Source: a bacterium
GTDB lineage: Bacteria; Patescibacteriota; Minisyncoccia; UBA6257; WO2-44-18
Direction: 5' to 3'
Assembly (NCBI GenBank): GCA_030698695.1
Contig: JAUYMR010000042.1
Coordinates: 3,174-67,173, forward strand
DNA length: 64,000 nt
Part shown: positions 10,606-20,190 of the stretch, one piece after another
How the letters are laid out: each line of letters begins with the position of its first letter
How positions within the stretch are numbered: position 1 is the first letter of the stretch
Notes under the pieces: model-generated
What the model saw: the letters and a program-made list of their open reading frames with translations, nothing else
Database searches by the model: none
Told to the model about the DNA's origin: nothing
Translations under genes and position numbers: made by a program

Positions 10606-12750
10606 TTATTCTATTGGCAAAGCAAAATAAAAATCGGTTCCCTTGTCTCGACCTTCAGAATAAAACCATATATCTCCGCCATGCGCTCTAATAAAAGATC
10701 TGGCGATAAACATGCCCAACCCCAAACCATCTGGCAAAGTGGTTCTGGCTTTATCTCCTCGGAAAAACTGATCAAAAATGTGCCCCTTCTCATCTCCATC
10801 AATACCAATACCCTGATCACTCACGCTGATTACGACTCTGTTCTTATCTCCAACTTGATCCAAACTTGAAGTAATTTTAATCTCACCGTCCTTATGAGAA
10901 TAGGCTATGGCATTACTTATAATAACCTTTAAAATTCTTTTCAACTTGTCATAATCCGCCGGCACAATGACTGCCCTACTCTTAAAATCTCGGCTAATAA
11001 CCAAACGCTTCGGGAAAATAATGTCTTTAAAATCCTTAATAATTTCATTAACTATTTCCGATAAATCACAATCAGTCTTTTTGACCAACAATTTCCTGTC
11101 ATAAATATCTAAAGCCACCAAAATATCGTCCAATTGGCCGCCCAAAAAAACCGTACTCTGATAGGCGTTATCAACCATTTTCCGCCTATCTGCTTCCGAT
11201 AGCTTGTTTTGAGATAAAGATTCCAAAGACCATCTCAAAGCCGAAACTGGTGTGCGTAGTTGATGAGAAACTACGTTTATAAATTTTGATTTAGATTCGG
11301 ATAATTCTTTAACATCCGAATAAAGTTTGGCATTCTGGATCGCAAAACCAGCCTCGGCGGTAAATATATTCAATAAATTCATATCCTGATGAAAATAACC
11401 CTCACCGGATAATTTACTGCCAAGAACCAATATGGCAATCTCAGCGTCTTCGGCCATAATTGGGATCACTACGTCAATATCGTGAGACCTCATAACTTGT
11501 TTAATCGGCCCCTCTTCTAGGTAGTCAAAAGCTAATTCTATGGGGCGGGGGTCTCTGACCGTGGAGAGAGTTGAAAAATTGTTTGTTGATTGAAGGTGTA
11601 ACAAACTCTCCAATTCTTTGGCTGTGTCGTCCCCAAAACCAAATCCCATATCAAATTGGTTGATGATTTTATGATCATCAACCAACAACCAAGCTCCCTT
11701 GGCAATACCCATTTGTTCGGTTAAAAGCTTTAATGTTTCATTAGTCATTTTCTCCAAATCAACTGTACGACTAATGATGTTATTAAGCCGCGTCAGTAAT
11801 TCATCGGGGTCATAACGAACAGCATGAAATATTCTATTGGTTAGCTGTCTAAAAAAACTCTCTAAGGGACGGAAAGTAGTCAAAATCAATAAGGCCAATG
11901 CTATTGATATCGCCGATACGGTAATATCAAACTGCAATCCCAAAACCTCTTTGATAACAGCCAGTAAAACGAAGGCGTAAGCTACGGTTAAAACGGCCAT
12001 AGTCAATAAAAATGATGCCGCCCGTATTATAAAAATTCTAATATCAAAAAGACGATGCTTGATAATGGCGTAAGCGGTAAAAGCTACGAAGGGAAAGATG
12101 AAAATAGCGGCGAACGGCAAATAAGAAGGGTTATTAAAGACAACTGGCAAGAAAAAATTAGTCATCATAACGGCCAAAAACATGGCGGCAACTCCGGTGG
12201 TAACAAAAATAAATTTTCTACGATTATTTTTATCGGCCTTAAAAGTTTTAACCACTAAAATCACCAATCCAACAATGGCATAGCCAACAGTAGTCATGCC
12301 GAATACGGGCATCAACGGACCATTGACGGCTGACAATATAATGCCGTCGGGAGATAAAAACCCCACCTCTTTTAAAACCAATGGCGTCAACGTCAAAATA
12401 GAAATAATTGATGTCCAAATACTCAATATAATCACATAAATTTTTGATAATTTTATACGCTGATCGGGGAATGACAAAGCGAATAGAAAAAAAGAAAAGG
12501 TATATAAAGTGGCCGTAAACAGCGTCAAGCGCAGAACAGAAAAAGCATAGAAAACCGGCAATGGCCGGGAGCTAAGATAGTTAGCTATAGACCAAAAAGC
12601 TATAAAAAATGTAAATAGAAAGAACGTTATGTGGGTGGCGCTCCGACGCAATGATAAAAACACAATAAAACCCAAAATCACTGTCGCCATAATAGCCAAC
12701 CCGACAACAGAAAAATCCCAATTTATTAATAGAGGGTAGGTGGCTTGCAT
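10606..12750 (-). CDS. sensor histidine kinase with large (~10 TM) N-terminal membrane sensor domain
   Basis: Multi-TM N-terminal half, a GAF-like middle, the HisKA H-box 'VSHQLRTPVSALRWSLESL', and HATPase_c motifs (DQGIGI.., GLGLGM). Confidence 0.9.
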   Translation of the reverse strand: MQATYPLLINWDFSVVGLAIMATVILGFIVFLSLRRSATHITFFLFTFFIAFWSIANYLSSRPLPVFYAFSVLRLTLFTATLYTFSFFLFALSFPDQRIKLSKIYVIILSIWTSIISILTLTPLVLKEVGFLSPDGIILSAVNGPLMPVFGMTTVGYAIVGLVILVVKTFKADKNNRRKFIFVTTGVAAMFLAVMMTNFFLPVVFNNPSYLPFAAIFIFPFVAFTAYAIIKHRLFDIRIFIIRAASFLLTMAVLTVAYAFVLLAVIKEVLGLQFDITVSAISIALALLILTTFRPLESFFRQLTNRIFHAVRYDPDELLTRLNNIISRTVDLEKMTNETLKLLTEQMGIAKGAWLLVDDHKIINQFDMGFGFGDDTAKELESLLHLQSTNNFSTLSTVRDPRPIELAFDYLEEGPIKQVMRSHDIDVVIPIMAEDAEIAILVLGSKLSGEGYFHQDMNLLNIFTAEAGFAIQNAKLYSDVKELSESKSKFINVVSHQLRTPVSALRWSLESLSQNKLSEADRRKMVDNAYQSTVFLGGQLDDILVALDIYDRKLLVKKTDCDLSEIVNEIIKDFKDIIFPKRLVISRDFKSRAVIVPADYDKLKRILKVIISNAIAYSHKDGEIKITSSLDQVGDKNRVVISVSDQGIGIDGDEKGHIFDQFFRGDKARTTLPDGLGLGMFIARSFIRAHGGDIWFYSEGRDKGTDFYFALPIE

Positions 12751-12752
12751 AT

Positions 12753-13535
12753 TTAATTATAACTGGCCATTTTTTTAAAAAACTCCATTTTGTGTTCTAG
12801 AACACACCTTTCTGCCTCGGGATGCCAAAAACGATTCTTCATAAATCCTATAAAATCTTTACCGCCGAAAAAATTATGCTTAAGAGGCTTCAATCCGTTG
12901 TTAAAATCTTCACAATTCAGACACTTAGTCTCTACGTTTTTATATTTTTCAGAGATATCAATAGCATATTCTAATGTGCCTTCGGGCACTATTTCGTCAT
13001 CATCACAAATAAATAATAGGGTACGAATATTGGGTGGGATGTGTTCTAATTTAACAGCCGGCCGAACTACGCCCTGCGGATAGAAAATAAGGGGCGATAT
13101 GCCAAACAGGCCGACTATATGATTTTTAAGATTTCTCACGCTATGTTTTTTAATTTCTTCATCTGACGGCTCCTGAACCACTCTTCCAGCGAAAACGAAT
13201 CCCCCACTCATACCGCCAAGCACAATCTTGCTCTTTCCTCGACTCAAACACTCTTTAATGCCTTCTTCTATCTTATCAAAAACCCTACTCTCAGGAAAGG
13301 AATTGGCAAATTTAATCCTCCTCTGATAAGCCCCGGGCAACACCGTAAGTTTTAAGACTTTCCAAAAAGTCTTCTTCTCATAAGAATCGTCAAAAATATC
13401 AACACCGACAACAAACGCGCCCTCTTTAACAATGGGGTCAAAAACATCCATCATTGACTTGGTCAACCCTATGATGGGACTTATAAAAACAATTCCCAGA
13501 TTATTTAAATTATTATTGTTTTCCGATGCCAGCAT
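12753..13535 (-). CDS. alpha/beta-hydrolase-like protein (GxSxG 'GGMSGG')
   Basis: 260 aa with a putative nucleophile elbow LGGMSGGFVFAG. It overlaps the nitroreductase gene by 23 nt. Fold assignment is tentative. Confidence 0.4.
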   Translation of the reverse strand: MLASENNNNLNNLGIVFISPIIGLTKSMMDVFDPIVKEGAFVVGVDIFDDSYEKKTFWKVLKLTVLPGAYQRRIKFANSFPESRVFDKIEEGIKECLSRGKSKIVLGGMSGGFVFAGRVVQEPSDEEIKKHSVRNLKNHIVGLFGISPLIFYPQGVVRPAVKLEHIPPNIRTLLFICDDDEIVPEGTLEYAIDISEKYKNVETKCLNCEDFNNGLKPLKHNFFGGKDFIGFMKNRFWHPEAERCVLEHKMEFFKKMASYN

Positions 13536-14619
13536 GATGATTTTTATTATTTAATTTAGATATCAGTTTTTCTTCTACCGAAATACGCGAACTAAAAGAG
13601 CTGGCAGGTCCGGCCTCGCCAAGCCTAAACATCATAGCAATAGTTTCGTTACCCACATCAAATGTTCTTTTTATATCGTCATAAGCGGACTTCATCAAGC
13701 TTATATGATATGAAGATAATAAATTTTCGGTTTTTTCAGAGATTATGCGTTGAGCAAAAAACAATGTGGCGGTTACCGGCTGTAAAACCAAACCGAACGA
13801 AGTAGCTTTCAACCACACTCTTTGCATCAATCTACCGGCATTTACATAATCTCTGCTATTGTTGCCGCTCATTGTTATAATTCCCATCGCGGACCCACTG
13901 GCATAAAGCTTAGAATCTTCTTTAGCAATAAATCTCGGCAAACCCAAATGAATGGCTAACTTCATAAGCGGCCAATTCTTAGCTAGTCTAAACATTATTT
14001 TTTGAACAGGATTAAACTCCATCGCATTGATATACAATCCATGACGCAATCTTTTTTCTCTTGATTCATTCCAAACCACATCTTTGAACAATAGGCCATG
14101 AAGTTTTTTATTCTCTAAAATAACTATTTCGGCTAACGCCCCAGCTTTGCCGGCTATTTGTTTTTCTTTTTCGGATTCTAATAACTTAATCCCACCCGAT
14201 TCCGACTCTTGAGATGCCCTCAAAATACCGCTCCTTTGCTCCGCCGTTAACGGAATATTTTTATATGGCCTGCGATTAGTGTGGCGTTTTTTAATAAATT
14301 CAAAAAGAGCATCTTGTCGGACGCTGTCTGACTTTGAAAAAAACACCTCTGCCACTAAATTTTTATCAGTAGCTGACGGAAATAAATCAACTTTTGAAGA
14401 ATAGCCAAAATGCGAAGCGGCAATGACCATATTTTCAATCAATCCACCATGAGCAATATAAGAACCGCTTTGTTCAAAATTTAAATAAGGATTATCTTTA
14501 TCCGGTAAATTATATATCAAAAGACTATCTCCACCTATCTGAAATGCCCATGGCTGGCTATTATCTCCCGATGGAGCCCAAATGGCATAATCTAAAATGT
14601 CTTTAATATAACCCGACAT
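13513..14619 (-). CDS. nitroreductase-superfamily protein, two-lobed/tandem (368 aa; SagB/McbC-like size class)
   Basis: The N-terminal 'DYAIWAPSGDNSQPWAF' is the nitroreductase APS..N.QPW signature, and a second NTR-like half follows (..RRPYKNIPLTAEQ..). Confidence 0.7.
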   Translation of the reverse strand: MSGYIKDILDYAIWAPSGDNSQPWAFQIGGDSLLIYNLPDKDNPYLNFEQSGSYIAHGGLIENMVIAASHFGYSSKVDLFPSATDKNLVAEVFFSKSDSVRQDALFEFIKKRHTNRRPYKNIPLTAEQRSGILRASQESESGGIKLLESEKEKQIAGKAGALAEIVILENKKLHGLLFKDVVWNESREKRLRHGLYINAMEFNPVQKIMFRLAKNWPLMKLAIHLGLPRFIAKEDSKLYASGSAMGIITMSGNNSRDYVNAGRLMQRVWLKATSFGLVLQPVTATLFFAQRIISEKTENLLSSYHISLMKSAYDDIKRTFDVGNETIAMMFRLGEAGPASSFSSRISVEEKLISKLNNKNHHAGIGKQ

Positions 14620-14664
14620 ATCTCATTAAATTATACCACCTAGAACTCTAGGCATAAACTCAGT

Positions 14665-16197
14665 CTATTTTTTTACCCATTTTTGCTTACCGCCAGAATG
14701 GAAATATAGCGGATGTTCATAGGGCCAAAGAGTTAATCTAGGCAACATCCTAATTTTCGTTTGGTTATAACTCTCTCTGTATTCAGAATTTTCTTTCAGC
14801 AGATGGTTAATAATGATTGATCTAATCTTATCGCTAAGCTGTTTGGATTTTTTAATTTTCCGCCGTAATTCAATATTGATTTTAAAAACTTGATTTTGTC
14901 CTTTGTCTCTATCAACTACCATAGTGAATTTGCCCGTAATATTTTTTGATAAACTGCTAGCGCCCAAAGCCCTCCTTATTGTTTCCGGATATATATTAAA
15001 ACCGTTTAGAGTAACCACAAAATCACTTCTCTCATAAACAAAAACAAACGGCAATCTTTGAATTGTATCTTTGATGCCGGCCTTCTTTATTTCATTTTCC
15101 AAATTGATGCCCGCATTGCGGCAATGCTGAAGCATCTCATCAAAACCAATCACGCCGCCATTATCTTTCAAATCATAACGCGCCAAAGGCAATCCGCTAT
15201 AAGCCGAACATACTAAGCCGCCGTTTATTTCTTCAAAAAAGAACATTTCGGGAAAATATTGAGTTAATGTAGGTAATTTATAAATATCTCCAAAAATTGT
15301 TTTATAAAGCTTCTTGTTTTTGATAGCTAATCTTCTTATTAAAATTGACAATGGAGTCTCATAAGACATCGTTCCTAAATCTACCGTACCATAATGATTT
15401 AGCGTATCACGATAGATATTTTTAAGACCGGCTTGATGGGCTATATAATCTCTAAACTTTTCACTAAAACCTTCGGCTGAAAAGATAAACTTCATATTGT
15501 AATTTCGCCACTTTATTCCCTCGGCCAAGCCTTCATCCAATAAATCTTTAACGAATGGCGGATAACCGCCAATAATTATCTGATTGTAATAAGGAGCTAA
15601 TTTCCTAAATGCCTTTAAAATTTCTGACTTGTTCAATCCGGGATTTATAATGCTCAAAGCATAATCACCGCGACTAACCAAATGTTTAAGAGCTTGATAA
15701 GTAAACAAACCGCCGATCCACGCGCCCATAGCGAAACCGTTTATATATAAAGTTTTATGGCGATCAATTTTAAAATTACTATTTAGATATATTTCAGCAG
15801 TGGTTGCGTACTGCATATCTTGATCATCTTGGCGTGGGAAATAAAAAGGTTCTCCCGTAGATCCCGATGTGACTGAATACACCCAATGCTTTTCAGACAA
15901 TTCGCCACCCCAACATAAATCAACTAACGGGTATTTTTTAAGATATTCGCCCTTATCAAGGGTGGGCAACAATTTAAAATCAGCCATATTTTTAATATCG
16001 CCCATTTTAATGCCGTTGGACTTTAAAAATCTTTTATAGGCTGGCACCTCTTTAACCATTTCTCCGAAAAGACGCAAAGCCATCTGTTCTCCTCTCTTAA
16101 TCCAATAAACAGCCGGCTTGATTTTTAAATCTCTGATAATATTACGAATCTTCTTATTCATACATATCGTATCTTTATATGATAACAAAATACTCAC
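14665..16197 (-). CDS. PaaK-like adenylate-forming enzyme (phenylacetate-CoA ligase / coenzyme F390 synthetase family)
   Basis: The AMP-binding P-loop 'VTSGSTGEPFYFP' and 510-aa PaaK/CapK-like architecture. Confidence 0.75.
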   Translation of the reverse strand: MSILLSYKDTICMNKKIRNIIRDLKIKPAVYWIKRGEQMALRLFGEMVKEVPAYKRFLKSNGIKMGDIKNMADFKLLPTLDKGEYLKKYPLVDLCWGGELSEKHWVYSVTSGSTGEPFYFPRQDDQDMQYATTAEIYLNSNFKIDRHKTLYINGFAMGAWIGGLFTYQALKHLVSRGDYALSIINPGLNKSEILKAFRKLAPYYNQIIIGGYPPFVKDLLDEGLAEGIKWRNYNMKFIFSAEGFSEKFRDYIAHQAGLKNIYRDTLNHYGTVDLGTMSYETPLSILIRRLAIKNKKLYKTIFGDIYKLPTLTQYFPEMFFFEEINGGLVCSAYSGLPLARYDLKDNGGVIGFDEMLQHCRNAGINLENEIKKAGIKDTIQRLPFVFVYERSDFVVTLNGFNIYPETIRRALGASSLSKNITGKFTMVVDRDKGQNQVFKINIELRRKIKKSKQLSDKIRSIIINHLLKENSEYRESYNQTKIRMLPRLTLWPYEHPLYFHSGGKQKWVKK

Positions 16198-16265
16198 AGA
16201 AAAGCCCCAATTTTCATCGGGAACTAAAATTCAATTAAGTCTATATGGGTTATTTATATGCCCCG

Positions 16266-17315
16266 CTAATAAGCATCAACCTTGGCCCTGGCCATTGAGT
16301 CGGCAATAAAATCCGTAGATTTACGCATTTTAGAACTTTTAACAAAAATATCGCCGAGAGTCTTTTTTATCATTTTGACCCGGTTGATTATTAGCTTCTT
16401 ATTAATTTTATTTTCATATTCACTGACTACGCTTATTAATCCGCCAGCATTTACTACATAATCTGGCGCATATAAAATACCGGAGCGGTACAACAACTCC
16501 CCCGCCTTATCGTTAGCTAATTGATTGTTGGCGCCGCCTAAAACAATCTGACATCTCAATTCTTTAATAGTTTTGTTATTTAGTATGCCGCTCATGGCGC
16601 ATGGTGAATAAACGTCTACCCTTTGCTCGTGTATCTTAGAGGGTGAAATGGCAATTACTTTGGGGAATCTCTTTTCTATTGATTTTACTTTGTCTTTATC
16701 AATATCCGAAACAAATATTTTTTGATTGGAATTATCGCTATAAATCAATTTCAAAAATTCAGAACCAACCTTTCCAAGGCCGGCTATGGCAAAATTAGTT
16801 TCAGTCACATCTTTTTCGCCGAAAACCTCTCTTAAGGCCGCCTCCAAACCATAAAATAATCCCAAGCCAGTAAACTCAGTCGGATCTATTTTGGAACCAA
16901 CCATAAAAGGACTGGTGCGGCTCATCGTTTTAACGTCTGCCTGAGTCAAGCCGATGTCCGAACCGGTAATAAAAAGACCTTCTAATAGATTTACCCTTTC
17001 GGCATAAGCTTTCAATAAAGCGCTTGATTTGGGAACTGATCCAGATATAACAGCTTTAGCGCCTCCATATGGCAATCCCGCCATAGCCGCTTTATAAGAC
17101 ATTAATTTAGACAATCTCAAAACATCTTTAATAGCCTCCAATTGAGAACTATATGGCCATAAACGAGTGGCGCCAAAAGATGGAAATTTCTTGTTCTTCC
17201 GATGAATACCTATAAAACCCTTCAGGCCAATATTAGAATCATTCAAAAAGACCACTTTATGATGGTTGTCATATTCAACTAATTTTTCTACATCAAAACT
17301 GTGTCTAAAAGACAT
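16266..17315 (-). CDS. Glu/Leu/Phe/Val-type amino-acid dehydrogenase (Leu/Phe dehydrogenase-like)
   Basis: 'GIHRKN..GATRLWPY' and the catalytic-Lys motif 'AMAGLPYGGAKAVI' are followed by a C-terminal Rossmann fold (AIAGLGKVG). Confidence 0.85.
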   Translation of the reverse strand: MSFRHSFDVEKLVEYDNHHKVVFLNDSNIGLKGFIGIHRKNKKFPSFGATRLWPYSSQLEAIKDVLRLSKLMSYKAAMAGLPYGGAKAVISGSVPKSSALLKAYAERVNLLEGLFITGSDIGLTQADVKTMSRTSPFMVGSKIDPTEFTGLGLFYGLEAALREVFGEKDVTETNFAIAGLGKVGSEFLKLIYSDNSNQKIFVSDIDKDKVKSIEKRFPKVIAISPSKIHEQRVDVYSPCAMSGILNNKTIKELRCQIVLGGANNQLANDKAGELLYRSGILYAPDYVVNAGGLISVVSEYENKINKKLIINRVKMIKKTLGDIFVKSSKMRKSTDFIADSMARAKVDAY

Positions 17316-17322
17316 TGTTAGA

Positions 17323-18405
17323 TTAAAGATGCGGGTTGATGTGGATTCGCGCTACCAGCTGCTTGTCTTTGCTTAAAGCAATCTTCTTGAGGGCATAGAC
17401 CGCGTACACGCCCCCCAACATAGCAGCACTACCCAATTGAGGCCAAGAAACTAATTTTTTACTAATAACTTTTTTCACCGATTTTATCATTTCGGGATCC
17501 ACCAAATGTATTCCTCCGACAATATCTTTCATTATAATACTACCAACCATCTGCATTTTATTTATCTTAGGATCGCCGAATTCTCTAAGTTTTCTATTCC
17601 AATAGCTAAGCGGACGATGAAATATTTTCTTATAGCCCAAATCATAACGCTCAATATGCAAAACTATGCCATTACCGTTATCGGTGACCATTATAACTGG
17701 AACTTTATATTTTAAGGCTAATTTCCTAAGATTTATTTTCATAGGTAAATTATCAATCTCATCAACTAGACAATTTAATTTTTTTTGTGCTAATAGCGGC
17801 TCTAAATTATCTTCCGTTATACCTTTGGGCATAATCCTGACCTTAGCGAACGGATTATCCTCATAGATGCGGCGCGCGGCCAAAACGCATTTATTTAAGC
17901 CAATTTGATGAACTCCGCCAAAAATACGATTAAGATTGGTATTGTCCAAATTATCAAAATCAGCGATAGTTATTTCTCGCGCGATGCCGGCTTGCGTCGC
18001 GACAAAAGCGATATTACTACCAACGCTCATGCCGAATACAGCGACCTTGTAATTATATAACTTCTTTTGTTCCGCCGCGGTAATAAGATCTTGATTACGA
18101 TTTGTCTTTAATCTGAAATAGTCATCGGCGCGAACAGTTTTAACTAGATGATAATTCCACGGATAATACACCCAAACAAAAGATTTTTCTTTTTTAGTTT
18201 TGTATTTTTTAAAATCTTGCGTCTTATAAACAACTTCTTTATCTGCGCCGATGTATTTATGATTATCTATAAAAAACAACTCATTGATCTGGCGATTAAA
18301 AGAATCTACCACAATAACGGCATTATTGCCCCTCTTCAATCTATTAGCTTTGTCGTTGCTTAAAATTAGCGATCTATATTCTGAAGCTTCAAATTTCATA
18401 ATCAT
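17323..18405 (-). CDS. ThiF/MoeB/HesA-family E1-like adenylyltransferase with ~110-aa N-terminal extension
   Basis: Rossmann motif 'VAVFGMSVGSNIAFVATQAGI..ITIADFDNLDNTNLNRI'. There are no CxxC zinc motifs. An N-terminal ~110-aa domain is of unknown function. Confidence 0.75.
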   Translation of the reverse strand: MIMKFEASEYRSLILSNDKANRLKRGNNAVIVVDSFNRQINELFFIDNHKYIGADKEVVYKTQDFKKYKTKKEKSFVWVYYPWNYHLVKTVRADDYFRLKTNRNQDLITAAEQKKLYNYKVAVFGMSVGSNIAFVATQAGIAREITIADFDNLDNTNLNRIFGGVHQIGLNKCVLAARRIYEDNPFAKVRIMPKGITEDNLEPLLAQKKLNCLVDEIDNLPMKINLRKLALKYKVPVIMVTDNGNGIVLHIERYDLGYKKIFHRPLSYWNRKLREFGDPKINKMQMVGSIIMKDIVGGIHLVDPEMIKSVKKVISKKLVSWPQLGSAAMLGGVYAVYALKKIALSKDKQLVARIHINPHL

Positions 18406-18418
18406 ATCATTTAAAAAA

Positions 18419-19897
18419 TTAATCTTGTTTGGGGACGGGCAGACTCAGCCAGAATGTAACCCCATTGCCATCTTTTATCGGCGATTCAAACCATATTTTG
18501 CCTTGATTGGCCTCCATGGCCAGCTTAGCTATAAAAAGACCTAGGCCGCTACCGCGCGGTCTCAATTTTTGAGCCAATGGCCCACGATAGAATTTATTAA
18601 ATATTTTATCGTGCTCAATTTCGGGTATGCCCGGACCATCATTGCGTATGCCTATAAGATATTCATCGTTCCTCTTGCTAACACTAACGGCTACTGCCGA
18701 ACCTTCGGGAGAATAAGCAATCGCATTATCTAAAATATTCTCAAACGCCTCACTAAATAGCGCCCTATCTATAGACAATGTTTTTATGTCATCGGTTATA
18801 GATAACTCCACTCTAACATTACGAGATTTCGCGACTGGCTCAAATAAGGTCATCGTCTCCCTAATTAACTCACTAATATCAGTAGGCTGTCGCTTTGATG
18901 CTACGGAACCGGCTTCCAATCTAGAAATGCTCAACAAATCACCCACTAAAGAGATTAATCTTTCGTTTGATTCATATATGTTGGCCAGCTTTTCTTCTTG
19001 TTTATCAGAAAAATGATCGTCTTTGCGCAAAGACTCTATTAACCATTTCATAGACGATAAAGGTGTACGCAACTGATGCGAAGCAATAGAAATAAATTCT
19101 GTCTTAGATTTGTTCATCTCTTCTAACTCTCTAACGTTGCGAGTCAGCGCGTCTCCCATGCGGCTTACAGATTTATATAAACCACCTATTTCGCCATCGG
19201 CTAGCCGTTTGGGAATTATTTCCACCCTACCTTCGGCTATATTATTAGCCAAACTGGACACCTCTTTAATCGGTTCCAAAACACTTCTGTAAGCGTAGAC
19301 CATAAAGGCCACTCCTCCCAAAGTAACCAATAACCAAGCGGCAGAAAAAATAGGATAAAACAAAACCGCATTATTTTCAAAACTCTCTATCTGATCGGCA
19401 CTAACTTGGCGCAATATTACCAATAAAATATCGCTATTGACGCTAATATCATTTAGTAAATTTATTGATAATGGATTGGCGAGATAATCATTGACAGACT
19501 GCTTAAGCGCTAAGAATGATTCATATTCTAGCTGGGATAAAACTAATAAATTATCGCTAAGATATCGTTTATTGTCCGGCAAAAACAATCCATAATTATT
19601 CTCATAGTCCGCTATAGATGTATTCAGTCTGGCTTTCTGCTCCTTGATTAGATTTTCATATTCTGATTGAGTATATAAATTAGCGCTTCTCGCCAAAATG
19701 TCCAATCTTAAAGAAGTCTCCCGAATATCAGCCGCTGTCCTTCTTCCATTGGTAACAACATTTTCCTGTTGACTAATATAATTGACGGCATCGTTATAGA
19801 TATAAACGCTAAAAATGGCGCTTAAAAAAACCGGGATAGTGGCCAATATCACAAATCTCAAACCAAACTTTTCCGAAAGAGGCATTCTTGATTTCAT
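18419..19897 (-). CDS. sensor histidine kinase (2 TM, periplasmic sensor, HAMP-like linker, HisKA, HATPase_c)
   Basis: H-box 'IASHQLRTPLSSMKWLIESL' with N/G1/G2 boxes (NILDNAIAYSP, RNDGPGIP, GSGLGL). Confidence 0.9.
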   Translation of the reverse strand: MKSRMPLSEKFGLRFVILATIPVFLSAIFSVYIYNDAVNYISQQENVVTNGRRTAADIRETSLRLDILARSANLYTQSEYENLIKEQKARLNTSIADYENNYGLFLPDNKRYLSDNLLVLSQLEYESFLALKQSVNDYLANPLSINLLNDISVNSDILLVILRQVSADQIESFENNAVLFYPIFSAAWLLVTLGGVAFMVYAYRSVLEPIKEVSSLANNIAEGRVEIIPKRLADGEIGGLYKSVSRMGDALTRNVRELEEMNKSKTEFISIASHQLRTPLSSMKWLIESLRKDDHFSDKQEEKLANIYESNERLISLVGDLLSISRLEAGSVASKRQPTDISELIRETMTLFEPVAKSRNVRVELSITDDIKTLSIDRALFSEAFENILDNAIAYSPEGSAVAVSVSKRNDEYLIGIRNDGPGIPEIEHDKIFNKFYRGPLAQKLRPRGSGLGLFIAKLAMEANQGKIWFESPIKDGNGVTFWLSLPVPKQD

Positions 19898-19990
19898 TAT
19901 TTAATTGTATCACAACCAGATAGATAATTACTTAAATATATCCCCACATTCCTTCAAGACGATTGATTTTGAAAATACTTCGCGCGATTG

Positions 19991-20040
19991 TATTCCCTCG
20001 TCGTTTTATTCCTCACGACAATTGAAAATCTATTCCTCGC
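19991..20040 (-). promoter_or_regulatory. three direct repeats TATTCC(C)TC(G/A)C upstream of the kinase/ThiF operon
   Basis: tattccctcg (19991), tattcctcac (20007) and tattcctcgc (20031) lie 95-140 bp upstream of the start codon at 19897. Confidence 0.25.
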
Positions 20041-20067
20041 TATACTCGCAATGATTTCCTAATTAGT

Positions 20068-20137
20068 TGCGGGGGTGGGAGTTGAACCCACTGCCTCCTG
20101 GTTATGAGCCAGACGAGCTACCGTTGCTCTACCCCGC
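20068..20137 (-). tRNA. tRNA-Met/Ile2 (anticodon CAT), no encoded CCA
   Basis: rc = GCGGGGTAGAGCAACGGTAGCTCGTCTGGCTCATAACCAGGAGGCAGTGGGTTCAACTCCCACCCCCGCA, with anticodon loop CTCATAA and T-arm GTGGG-TTCAACT-CCCAC. Confidence 0.8.
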
Positions 20138-20190
20138 GTGAATAGTGTATCACAATTGTTGCCAAATGCAAAAATTGGTAACCTTAAGCC

